Positions 23,764-36,166 of a stretch of DNA of 64,000 nt are shown one piece after another. Made by a program: the position numbers and the translations under genes. The notes under the pieces were generated by a model that did not search any database, had not been told where the DNA came from, and saw only the letters and a program-made list of their open reading frames with translations. The DNA is from Ophelia neglecta (Eukaryota): positions 49,600,001 to 49,664,000 of the forward strand of contig OZ260666.1 in the NCBI GenBank assembly GCA_965285935.1, in the 5' to 3' direction. Positions within the stretch are counted from its first letter, which is position 1. Each line of letters begins with the position of its first letter.

Positions 23764-24323
23764 TAATTTCGGACCGATTTCACGGACAACGCCAGAATGA
23801 GGATTTTCCTTTGACTGCCATGTATTCACTTCTGTTTTTTTCCTGAAAAACTCAAAAGTGATGAACTAAATCTAATATATACTTAATTGGTGGAAAACTC
23901 TAAACTTAGCACATGTCTGCCTATATCAAATTGTTACTAATATGCTGTTGGCATTTACAATGTGTAAAAACCTGCTTTCGATATTGATGCCATCGTGTCT
24001 GACATTCGAAATGGAGTTGCTCTTAATACCATTTATCCGAATCCCTGACGCCCACCCTGATACCTTTGGTCCCCAATTAGACTGCCCAATTGGTGAAACG
24101 TGCAGGCCATAATTCCTAGAAAGCTCAATCCCATCCCTTCTCACATTTATCACCGAACTGGTAATTGCAAGCCGGTGGCAGTATCGTGTTCAACATATTG
24201 AAGGGAGGGTATAGTTGCTCCCTTAACTACTGTGGTGAATGTTCTACTAAGATGATGTAGCCAAAATTCTGTTCTATTATAATTTGTTAAAATCATGAGA
24301 AACCGCAAAAAGAAAACACCTTA

Positions 24324-25099
24324 AGCCCCGGTCCCACTAGGAGATACGACAACTTACGACAGGTTACGACCAGTCTGCGACTGCAAATCGCAGGCGATCT
24401 TAGTAAAGTCGTGCCACAAGTCTTGGATGATCGTGGGTAGTCGTGGGTAGTCGTGGATATTCGTACGACCGAAATCAGTCGTAGAGAGGTTTTTGATCAT
24501 GTTCAAAAACCTGGCTGCGACTGAAGTAGTCGTATCTTGTCGCGGCCTAGTCTTCATTTATCGTGCGATGGTCGTGCGATTGTCGTGGGACAAGTCTTGT
24601 GTAGTCCTTCATTGTCGTGGCTGATCGCAGGATTCTTTTTTCCTGCGACTATCGCACGACTATACCCACGACTACTGGCACGACATGTCGTGCGTGTAGA
24701 CATGATCGCAAGATTAGTTGCACGACTAGTCGTATGCCTCCCCGACAAGTCGTACGACTAGTCGTGTGTTGTCCTGCGTCGGTCGTGCCACTGCCTACGA
24801 CAAGACAGCTTGGGTATATATAGGGCTGGTGCTGGTCTCTCACAATTCAACTCGAACGGCTCCAGGAAGGTGTGAAGATCGGAAACCATCATTACCATGC
24901 CTATTATACCACCTAGAAGGCGGCAGGTACTCCTCAGAATGAGGTTGCAATTACATCAGCAACAGCAAGTAGATGTGGCAGCCCTGGTCGCGTTACATAG
25001 ATACAGGCAAGAGGAAATATCTACGACTGCCCACGACCGGCCCTAGTCGTACGACTGGAGTGGTCGCAGGCGATCGCAGGTCCTGGTGGGACCGGGGCT
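24324..25099 (+). mobile_element. PIF/Harbinger-type internally deleted DNA transposon (776 bp)
   Basis: Perfect 14-bp TIR AGCCCCGGTCCCAC (18/19 when extended), TTA on both flanks (24321-23, 25100-02) and dense subterminal GTCGT/ACGAC repeats. Internal TATA box and 49-aa ORF at 24897-25046. Confidence 0.85.
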
Positions 25100-28000
25100 T
25101 TACTCGTAATGGCAGAACTTAAATTTAATGCACAGCAAATGGCAATGTTGTGTTACTACTTAGCACTTACTACTTACAAGTTAGATACAGATAATGATTA
25201 AGTAAAATAATGCCACTTTTCATTCTCCTTGAGCTAGTCAAGTCTAATTAACAAAATCAATGATGACTAATGTGAACATTTGGTCTGTTTACTCCACAAG
25301 AAATCCAGAACTGTCATTTTGGTATAGTTAATAAGTATTCCCCTTGTCAATACATTTTATTTCAAATCACTTATATATTAATTCGTATTCAAGAAGTTTC
25401 ACTATGTATAAGAGCTGTGTAAAAAACCTCATAACTATTTCCATGCAATAAACTTCCGAACACGTATGTGGGAATTTCTCTGCGTTGTCCCTACCCTTGG
25501 CAGTACGATATACACAAGAAAAAGATGGTTAAACCTTTTTGAAATACGTGGAAAAATTCAAGGTTTCCCCTTCCTCTATTGGAACTGGATTTGTTTTCTG
25601 TGCAGAGTGAAGTATGCTGGCCAATCTCCAATTCCAACACTACAACCATTGAAAAACAATATTTATAAGTAAATAATAGGTTATATCCCTTGCAAAGATT
25701 TGTCAGGCCAATGTTGACATGCTATCATTTTGAAATAAATTTGGATCAGATTGTCTTACTTCGGGATGTTATCTCGCGTTCTAAGCGACACGATAAATTA
25801 GAGATGTCATAACATCATTACAAACACGTTTAGCCATGCAAAAGGAACTCCACTTTCGCAATGCCATGCAACTACAGAATAGCAGAAAACTGCATGGTGG
25901 TGTTAACTCTCATTTTTGTTCATTTAGAAAATTAGGCACGTTTGAATGCTTGGTTACCTCAAATTATCTTTACCCACTCAATGAGAAGACAAAGGCCCGT
26001 ATGTGTAAGAAGTGTGAATGGCTTAATACTCAGCCGGACTCTTGCTAAAGTCATGTGATTAGCCAGCTGCTTAGGCAGATTTGTTACATTTACATTTTAC
26101 ATATGTAACCAAGACCTCAATTGGATTCATGTTGATTTTGCCGATATAGATTTCATTAGAACATATGAAGAAATATTTTGCTTAACATATCAAGAAATAT
26201 CTTGCTTAATGTATTTTTAACATTATATATTGATTGACCTGAAATTTTGCTTAGAAATGCCTTAATCCTTGCTGCTCAATAAGTCTCAAGATTTTATCCT
26301 TCTTTCCTTGTATTTGCGTCTTTTATGCTTGGTGTTTATCCTAGGCAACAAGTTGAGGCTCCGATCAGGTGCCCGGCCGGCGTGACGTTGTTTACACTTA
26401 TGAAATTGCGAACTGGCTTACGGAACTTCAAAGATATTTGTTGACCATTCATGAAGATTGAAAGAACTGTATTGTATTTACGAATTATCTCGCGGAGTAA
26501 CGTGTAATAAAGCAAGTATAAGAGACGATATATTGATTTCTAGTAGACCTTATGAATTATATTCTAAATAGACATATAGGCTTATACGCCGAAATTTCAT
26601 TCTGATTACATTAGGGGGTATAATATTAATATATCAACGTTCGAATCCTTTTCTTAACAACCCACAAAATACGAACTTGCGTACGGAAGACCCTGCGAAA
26701 CGCTTGCCTTCGTGCCAGTGTATAAGATTATTTGATACCCCGGGCTCAAATCACTAGTGTATAAGACCCCGGGGAGGAAATATACCACCCATGTAATGGC
26801 AGGCTGGCGTAATAAACTACGATTATGAGACCGAATCCCAAATATACTAGAATTTCTAGACCGATGAACATGAAATACCAGTATTTCAAGACCAGGGACC
26901 ACCGTGTTGGGACTAGAGTTAGTAAATGTAATCCGGGGGACCTTAATTACGCCAAGGGGACTTCCGAGGTACTCCTTGCTTTTATTGCTGGAACAACTCG
27001 TGCTGTCACAAACTCATATTTCGTTATGTGTTCGCCTCATAAACGAAATTTGATAGCTTACCAGTAAATTGGATTTCGTGCAAAATCTATTTTGGCAGTA
27101 TGTTCAATGTGTATTTTCCCGGGGATCGATCTCAATTTCTACTGATGGAAAGATACATACTAACCATCAGCGAGACAGTGTTGTTCTGAATAGCCAGTCA
27201 GCCAAGGAAGCTTGTCAAAAAATGACCACATACACAGTTTGCAATGTAGATTGCTAGACCTGATTCAGTGTTCAGGACATTTGAACAAAAAAATTCAAAG
27301 CGCAATTCGTCCGAAATAACAGAGACAATGTTAAGTCTGTCATCGATAAGGGTTTAAGGCCTGATTTATCTCCTTATTTATATTTTAAATGGAGGCTACT
27401 GGCCAAAGCTAACCTGTTTCGTTTTAGGTAACTCTCTAAGGTCTATATAGCTTTATTTGAAAGAGCAATACGTGAATATAGGTTTTTATACCTTATGACA
27501 TCTTTGAAATATATGGGGAGAATACCACAGTAAGTCAGTGCGATTGTACAAGTTTACTTTGTCTAATGCCATATACATATATCAATTCTTATATACTCGA
27601 AATCATTTTAGATTTAACAAACTGCCACACCCCTTTTTAATAAAATAGACTCATCATTACATTGGTGTTTACAAACACAGCCCCCCCCCCCTTCCCTCTC
27701 GGTTATTGTTATAAGCCCAAAAACAGATCGATTTCTTTGACACAATTTTGCATATTTTTCACGTGAATGGCGTGGATTCCAGGCACGTCCAATCACAAAG
27801 ACGAACCCAGACACTTCAAGGGGCCAGGGCACGTATTAACCACAACCGAAGTCTCTCCGATAGACCTCAGGACAGAGCCTATATTGTCTAGGCTTCAGCA
27901 TGTTACAGAGTTTGATCTATGTTCAAAGGTCCAATGTTTAGAGACATATTCTTGGAATACTGTTCCTGGTCCATAACCTTTGTAATCCGCTTATGCAGAA

Positions 28001-31000
28001 TACGTGCGAAAATTCGATCTGTATACATAAGAGATGACGCTTCTAGAATGGATTTTACATAAATAATTTCAGGGCAAGCCCGAATAGATATAATCAAAGT
28101 AACCAACTGACTTTGAAACGTGTTGGCAACCTGTCATGTTGGAAAACTCAACTAAGATAAAGTGTACTTATCCTTTGAGCCTAATCAATCATGTGACAGT
28201 AGATCACGCAAAGAAAATACTAGGGCATGTCAGGCTTCAGAAAGCTGTACACAAAGCCTCCGTACTTAACAATGATCGATGACGCTCATGTTTAATACCA
28301 AAAAGCAAGTAAGTCTTCTCAGCAATGTTTTAATAGAAAACATGGCTTATAATTATGCCAACTTGCTGAAAAATATGAAAAAGTTAATTAGAAGTTACAT
28401 CCCATCCATTATAGTATGGCTAACAAACATTTTCAATATTAAGTTCAAAATACACCGAGGGCAATACGTTTCCATTTTTCAGTGAGAACCGGTAACACAT
28501 GTGGTGTTTTGCAATTTGTTTCACTGGTTATAGCTTTTCCTCTATTTATTCCCTTTCCTGGGAAGCCATTTATCAGAGAATGCCCTTCTAACTGACATTC
28601 ATGTTGACATTCATTGTATGTTTTCAAACTTGTTTTGCATATCCGTAAGAAATCAGGTATTTATCCGGGTATCGAAGTTCGGTACAAGTTTTGCTCAGTT
28701 TTGGATGTTGTCGTTATTATATATGCTAGATTGTTTTTAATTGATGCGTTTATGACGGGGTTGGGCGGATAAAATGGCTTCACCTGTTCAACTTGCTGCT
28801 GTTTTTGTCAAGTTCTTTATTTCTTTAATAAGTAATGTATGTGCCTTGAAACACGACGAGTCGTGTATCGACCTATTATGATCGTTCTTGATCATCAGCG
28901 ATAGAGGTACACTGGTTGTTACTTATTAAACAGAGTTCAAATTGCTCATTTCTATTTCTATCCTCCGAGGTTTGAGGGTAAAGATGAAGGTCACAGTAAA
29001 TGAAATAGAGTTTGTTAAAGCCAAGTGTGTTTAACATTGCGAAGCATTGAATAATTGTACCAGCTAATTACGAATACTCAGGCACGTGTGTATGAAAACG
29101 ATTTTATGCTTCTTTCTTACCGCTAAAAATCAATTTGAATACATGGGTACCAGTGATCTTTTCCTTAAGGGTATACTAGCAGCATAATGTAAAAAGTGTT
29201 CCTTTTACTAATCCAACCCATGTGTATTTAGGCGCAAAAAATTCGGTTGGGTTGTAAGACTCAATAATAGTTGCGTGGCTAATATATACTTTGTGAAGTT
29301 TAATAAATACGATGTCACAGCATAGGAGTCAAATAAAAATCTAATTGAATACCTTACTTTTTCATCGCGTATTTTTCAGTAATATTTAACTGCACCGATA
29401 AATGTTCTCTAATACCGGTAGAAGACTATCCCATGCTGGATTTAATTATAATACCATTTTCCTAATTGCAACCGAAATGACCACTTTTCCAGCTAAGCTC
29501 TTGTCGTGTGAATATTTAAGCCAAGGTAATTCTGATGCGGCAAAACAACAAGGTACAACAAAGGACTAACGTTACTTTCTAAATTTTACAGCAAAGTAAA
29601 TCCTTTATGAACGATATATGACAGGTTTCGATGTGCTAATCTTTTCCATGATAACTTTGTAATGGTACTGTTTGACGCGAATCTCCCCTAATCATATCTA
29701 TTGAGCGGGTAACTATAGCCAACTAACTGAACAGCCACATACGACCTCCTGCCCCTCAGTATCCTAGTCCTTTTTATGGGTAAGCTGCAACCATAGCTAC
29801 CAGGGTTAGATGTCATTCTGAACAAATACAGAATTTATCGCCACCAGACGAATATAGCACCAAATCAAAACAACGTGTGAACTTAAGAATATCGATGCCT
29901 GTTCAAGATTATGCACAGTGCACAATAATAGAGGGATGCATACTTTCATCCCAGAATTCTAACAGAGGCAATGCCGACTTAGTGTGTAATTATATATTCA
30001 TTTAAGTTGGGAATTCCCAAAAAACGTACGTTATCTCCTATATGGGAAAAAAACATTATGATACCATTGTGAATAGATGCTTATAGTGGCAGTTCGTTTG
30101 GAATCCTTCTTGAATTACGTAATAGCAGTTCAGATTCCGTAGCTCCGTCATTTTTTTTATTCTTACAAGGGAATTATCTCATATATAAAATCTTTTTCTA
30201 CTAAAATCGAATTGTATTTCATTCCAGCAGTTCCAAAGTGATTTCCAACCATGTTGCAAAAGCTCAAAGGAAACACTTAGTGATAAAACAATCAAAAGCA
30301 GAAAGCGTGTTGCAGTTAGTAATAGCAGTATTGGCATACCAATAGAGAACAGTCAAAACCAGTGGCTTGATTATATGCCTAGTGTAAAATACGATACAAT
30401 AAAAAAGGATACAGGCAAATATTATAGGAGAAAGTAGTTAAAACGATAAATTTGGGTGGAAAGTTTAATATATACAATCTTTATGAAGATGGTTGGCACT
30501 GATAATATCATTACTATATTCCATCCTTTTTCAGGCAAGTTTGAATGAATGTTGATGAATAGTTTTCGTTTTTTCCGCCAATTCACATGTCTGGCCTGTC
30601 GTATTTGATTCGCTCTCTTCGCCTGATGGCAAGTGGATAAATCCTTCCCTCGGGTTTGATAAGGCAGTCTCAGAAATAATTGATGTTCGATATATGTATT
30701 GTTGCTACTTGTTTCGGCTCAAGGTTCATCTCAACTCCCAATTATGGATAAAGCAGTTGGCTGAGAAGAATATCAATAACGCTTGATCTGTCGCCATTTG
30801 GTGCTTTTTTCCCTGTGGAAAGAACTGCTGATGGCCGAGGCGGGGAAAATCAATAACGATATATCACCTGTTGCTTGTTAATGATATCGATTTAATAGGA
30901 AAATAATAGGCACTAGTCCAAAAAGTATTCGGGGTATTCGGGATCTGTTGTTTTGGTACTTTTGCTGGCTGGATTATATGTATTATAGGTTCTCTCAGAA

Positions 31001-32472
31001 ATCATCTTGACCCAAGGGCTATTAACTTGAACCCCAGGGCAGTCAATATCTCGAATATCTGCACGTCAGTCCATGGCCAAAAAGAATCACCTAACCCTTA
31101 GCGGAGTCTGCGATACATTTGACCACACGATTCTGGCTAAAATTGCGATTGAGTAGAGTAAAATATAATGTCATTAACAGTAATGTCGTCTTTCATTGGA
31201 GGACTCTTGGATCGGTGTTTGTATCGAAATGTTTCGCCCTGGTAAGGAGGATATCAATAAATTCAAAGTCTGGTGGTACTTACAGAGCCTTCAGTGAGTG
31301 GACGCTGTTTTATTAGGTCAAACCACATATCGAAAAGACTACCGCACATTACAACAAACTTACACCCGCCTTTCTTTTTTAAGCAACAGAAATTCCAATT
31401 TGCGCCAGGCTAATCTCATTTCGGCGACTATTTCCCAATTGGGCAGCCTTTATCGATATTCCTCGCTAAAGAAACATGGACAAACTTCAGATTGGAGCTG
31501 CTAAATCTCCTTGCGATAAACCCTGGAAGTCCAGGGGTAACCGGAAAAATTGACTCCTGTTTTCCTAGGTCCCAAGACTATGATTTCCAAAAATTACTTT
31601 CCAATGAGCCAATCCATCCTAGTGAAAAGTGTAAAGAAATGAGACATTTGTTCCAAGGACAAAATGCCCTCGTAATACAAAGGTCTCACCTAAATCATTT
31701 CCTGGATTATATTGTCCCCTCCCTTTGTCCGGCCCAGACCGGTGTAGCAACTTTGGATTTAAGGAGAAATGAAAAATGTCCATGGGACTAAATTGCATTT
31801 TGTTCTTGTATTAAAGAAAAAAGTCAAAGATACAATCTTGGTGGAAGGTTCAGTGTCAAAAACAAAAAGCGCATGGCTACACCGCCCGTGCGTTGTACAG
31901 GCCGCACGCCCATATATAGTATTATCAAAGGGGCTAAATCTTGTAGGAAAAAGTCTCACAATTCAGAGCATGGATACAATGGGGATCATTTCATACGTGT
32001 GGGGATCTCTAGATAAAGTTAGACTAGCTATTGAAACTATCTGTTTGCGCAACTATCGAACATGGAACATGCTAAGACCTACAAACATAGCAGTCAGTTA
32101 TCCCAGTAGACTAGGTGGGTTGGCATCAGCAATCCAGAAGACACATGTCTCCTAGCAAAAAAAAATCAATCAAATGCACGCCAGTCCATTCCAGCACATC
32201 CCACCATCCCTCCCCACCAACCAAATGATCACCAACCATCACTCTAACAAACCTGCCAGAGACCGAAACCAAAACAGGTAATAGTGTGTTTTATTACCGG
32301 ACTAAACAAATCGCAAGTCAAACATATGCCCCAACCAAACCATGCAATGAGAGGAGGTAAAATTCGATGTGTTTACATGTGATGAATGATTCAGGGTGGC
32401 AGAGATGCAGTAAAGTATACTTTCTTTTTCATAAGCGTGAATACTGCCTGATTATGTATAAAAAGACGTTGA

Positions 32473-32538
32473 AATGCGCATGCGCATTATAAATCTGCAT
32501 CGGTTCTAGGGATGTTCCCGGTTCTATTCACGGTGAGC
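32473..32538 (+). promoter_or_regulatory. Candidate Pol II core promoter: NRF-1-type site, TATA box and first splice donor
   Basis: Palindrome AATGCGCATGCGCATT (32473-88) contains the NRF-1 consensus TGCGCATGCGCA. TATAAA at 32488-93; CG|GTGAGC at 32533, followed by a pyrimidine tract and AG at ~32584-88. Confidence 0.45.
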
Positions 32539-32689
32539 GTTCACACCAGTTTTGCGCTTGTCTCTCTTATTGCTTCTTATTGAGCCAGGACTGGCTAAAC
32601 AAGATGTCTATGGACTTGAACAAGAGAGATGCGGGATCCTTTCCGTCCTTTAATTGAGCTTCTAGTGTTCCAAAGGTCTCCATCACCAT

Positions 32690-32896
32690 CTTCTCCATCA
32701 CGACCGACACTTGCTTGCTGCCGCTTGTTTGGCATGTGTCAGTGGTTTTATGTCTCTTCCATTTCGGCCTATATTTACTGCAAATTGGGCAAACATTCAA
32801 TCGCAGGTAGCCGATCAAGGCAAGCAGATATATTAGAAATGTGACGTTTTTTTCGCGGGCATCCCATGTACAATGTATTCATATTTGTGTGTGTAA
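32690..32896 (+). pseudogene. Possible frameshifted dispanin/CD225 paralogue
   Basis: Joining three frames gives SPSRP / DRHLLAAACLACVSGFMSLPF / SISAYIYCKLGKHSIAGSRSRQAD / IRNVTFF / FAGIP, which has the spacing of a CD225 domain. It needs at least 3 frameshifts, so it is speculative. Confidence 0.3.
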
Positions 32897-34122
32897 ACGC
32901 ATAAAATACTCATATTTTATTCTAACTAGTTTGACGGAGTGTTTGGAACCTCTTCAGAAGTCATGTTATCACGAAGAGAGGGAAGATTTGTTGGCAAGTC
33001 CACATGACTAGTCGTGGAAGCACTTAAAACTGTAACTATCATGTCACTCCTCCATGCTCGAGTTTATCCGGGTTTTACAAATTGCAGAATACCACAATTG
33101 GCAGGCATATTGCAACATGGGTGTGTAAAATAGGTCTAAACTGAGCTTTGCAATATGGTAAATGCAAAGCACAGCGATACTAGCTGAGTGATAAGGGAAT
33201 ATCAGTGTCTATATCTATGTAAAATAAACACACACTAACATTTGACATCGATGCGAAAAAGGCAAAATGCATGGGAATGGCAAAGGTATGCTCTAAACTA
33301 TAATCATACTGCAAAATAAAATCTTATTTGTTTTTTTGCATTGACGCTTTTGCTTGTGCTCGTACGGGAAATTGCATTGCCATGTTTAATAACCGCTTTC
33401 ATAGACTTAGACTTCCGTCTCATACTGGTAGTGTCACATCGAGAACAAAGGGAAGTTCATTGCTACAATTTGGGCATTGGGGCTTTGGGCTTTGCCCTTT
33501 TTAACAAGCTCAAGCTGAAAACTAGGGATGAATATAGTTAATTAGAAGAGATCGGCTCTTTAGATGATTCCAATTCCCAGCACCACCCCACAACCATCGC
33601 GATGCAAGGCTAGACTCCTGAATTGTTGGGACTGTTAAGAGCAGTAGATCTATCCAATTTAATGCGTACGCCTTCTTGTGGAAAAAGATAGTTTATACCA
33701 AAGGTTACTTTCCCGAAGCCCAATCTCCTTCTATCATCAGGCTATTTATAACTAATTTTAGAAAGAAGTCCTATGGTCAGAACAATCCCCTTCAGTTTCC
33801 ATTCAATAACTTGTATCGTGTCTTTGTATTGAATTTATGTCTCAGTGCATGAAAGTCAATCTACAGAAGAATAATAAGTCGCAATCAAAATGTCTGAATA
33901 CATTAGTTGCAGAGAAACACAGATAGGTAGGATTGGTGTTGTTCTGTAAACCTGACAACCAACATGGCTAAAAAAAACTATTTGTTAAGCGGTCTTAAAT
34001 ATTACCATATGTCAGAAAGACACAGGGTAGGTAGAGTTGGTGTTCCATGGCATCCCTTTGCTATCCCCGGCATTTGTTTATAACCCATGCTTGAATAATG
34101 AGCTTGAATGTGCTCGTTATAC

Positions 34123-34226
34123 TTGGGACTGCAGCTGACGATTACGAACGAATTCGGAACGTTCTATTTTAGTATTCCTGATCAGTGACATTGCCTTTAC
34201 TGCCGAGTATTCACTTCCGTTTTGGT
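34123..34226 (+). repeat. Local ~100-bp dispersed repeat, copy 1
   Basis: TGGGACTGCAGCTG...CTGCCGAGTATTCACTTCCGTTTTG matches the shared core CT(G/A)CCGGGTATTCACTCCCGTTTT. Confidence 0.55.
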
Positions 34227-36062
34227 GGAAAAAGTTGAGGCAGCTTACTTGCAGATAAGAGGAAATTCATTTACCTATCTGTAACGGTTTCTGCATATCG
34301 GTTGTGCAAAGCACATTTGTGACTATTGTTTGGAATTAACAAAACGTGTCGCTTTGTTTGATTAGTTAATATTCTCATCAATGTGGACTTTCTGTCCGAT
34401 GCGTTAAGTAAATCGACCCAAAGGCATCGGACACGGTCAACCACGACCCAACATATCATCTATCTCAAATACTCTATCGGTCAGATATGAATGGGAGGAA
34501 TTAATACAATATCAAATTGCTATGTTAAGTCAACAGTTACCAAATATGTAAGTCAACATTTACCTACGATGTATGTCAAACCAATGAACAAGCAAGTCAG
34601 TGCCTTAAAGTGGGGAGACGATATACACCATCAGCCGTGCGTCAAAGTCAACTAGTCATGCAAATACAACACGTTTTCTGCCATACTTTTGATATAGATT
34701 GAACTTGCCAGAAACGAACGAGCGATTTCTTTATCAATGTCACATGTGCCAATTTACTATGCTGCCTAGCTGTATCCGAGAAATAGTCACCCGTTTTTTC
34801 GACTGTTTGCATAGCTCGGGTCTTATAAAGGGGATAACATAGATAAAACTGTCTCCATAGAAAGACACTAATAAAATATGCATAAGGTCTGGCAGTCTGA
34901 AGAGAAGCATTATTTTATCTCGCATGGATAACAAAATAAAAATGTATAAACAGAGTTTTTCTACGAATGTCCTTTTTGGGAGACAATTGGGTACATCATA
35001 TTAGGGAGGGCAACATTCCTAATTATGCTCATTGGGTTTTGGAAAGATGATAGGAGCTTGGGTAGAGAATCGGACGTGGTCGGACACATTTCCAGACATA
35101 GGGAATGGTACATTTGAAGGGCAAATGTAATAATATATTTCAATTCACTTAAATTACTGGTATAAGAATTTGTTTAGGTAATTTCAAGAATTGTTTAATT
35201 CAGCTCAGTAAGTAGCCTTAAAGCAGCACCCTTATCAACACGACTGGGACACTCAAGCTTGTTATTAATGACGCTGCTTTGGAGTTCCTTATTGAAAACA
35301 AGGCATTCCCAAAGACAAAAGAACCATATATAACGTATGTAGGAATGAGGGGAGAGTGTGATTAGTCCACTCCGCTCACGTGTCACGAAAATAACATGAC
35401 ATGACATATCGCCTAACTTGAAAAAAGATAGAGTGAATGAAACTATGTTTGTTTTAAGCGTAAACGTAATAATGAAAAAAAGCAATGTAAGATATTGGAC
35501 AATTAACTGTATGAAACTCCGGTGCATCGTTTATACATGTAAGTTTTTATTATCTGTCAAGGAAACCACCAGTCTGTATTAAACGGTAACATGAGAGCAC
35601 TCCTAAAAATAAATAAAAAATTGATTTTATCATAAACGGAACAAAGTAACAAGAAAATCCAAACAGTCTTTATAGAAAATCTGGTACTTAACAAAGTTAT
35701 GATTGGAATCTTTTTTTTTTCTTATTAATCTTACCATGTTTAGTAACAGGTACACATGAGAATCCAACGTCATCAGTTAATAATGGTGACTTCATTATGC
35801 ACTATCGAGGATATTTTAAGCAATATTGCTATTTAGTATGAAGGAACCTTTTACACTCCACTTTGGTCTTGTGTTAACTGACACTTTCGTCTGTGGTCTC
35901 TTATATTAGGAGAGAGATTATATCATAATAGCCTCTCTTGGGGCCCATTTTCACTCTGTCCTACGTTGATCACCCACTAAGTTAACTTGCAATCCGACTC
36001 GCATCAAGGAAAACTGTTTACTTATTTTCATTCCTAATTTTATCCCATTTTGTTTTCAAGTT

Positions 36063-36166
36063 GTGGGCCTGTGGTTACTGGTTCCTGATGTTTCGGATAG
36101 ATTTAATGGACATTTCTTGTATAGTGATTTGGCCTAGTCTACCGGGTATTCACTCCCGTTTTTGCA
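36063..36166 (+). repeat. Local ~100-bp dispersed repeat, copy 2
   Basis: GGGCCTGTGGTTACTGGTTCCTGATG...CTACCGGGTATTCACTCCCGTTTTTG. Confidence 0.7.

Noticed and set aside
23301-23846. ORFs of 70-162 aa in the track
   Set aside because: They are open only because they run through the N gap.
24354-24843. Cluster of overlapping ORFs on both strands
   Set aside because: By-product of the stop-poor GTCGT/ACGAC repeat array inside the Harbinger element.
28757-28830. Possible third LINE 3' tail (GTTGGGCGG...GGCTTCACCTGTTCAAC hairpin)
   Set aside because: It lacks the TGACAATAAA partner stem and a repeat tail; the similarity is too short.
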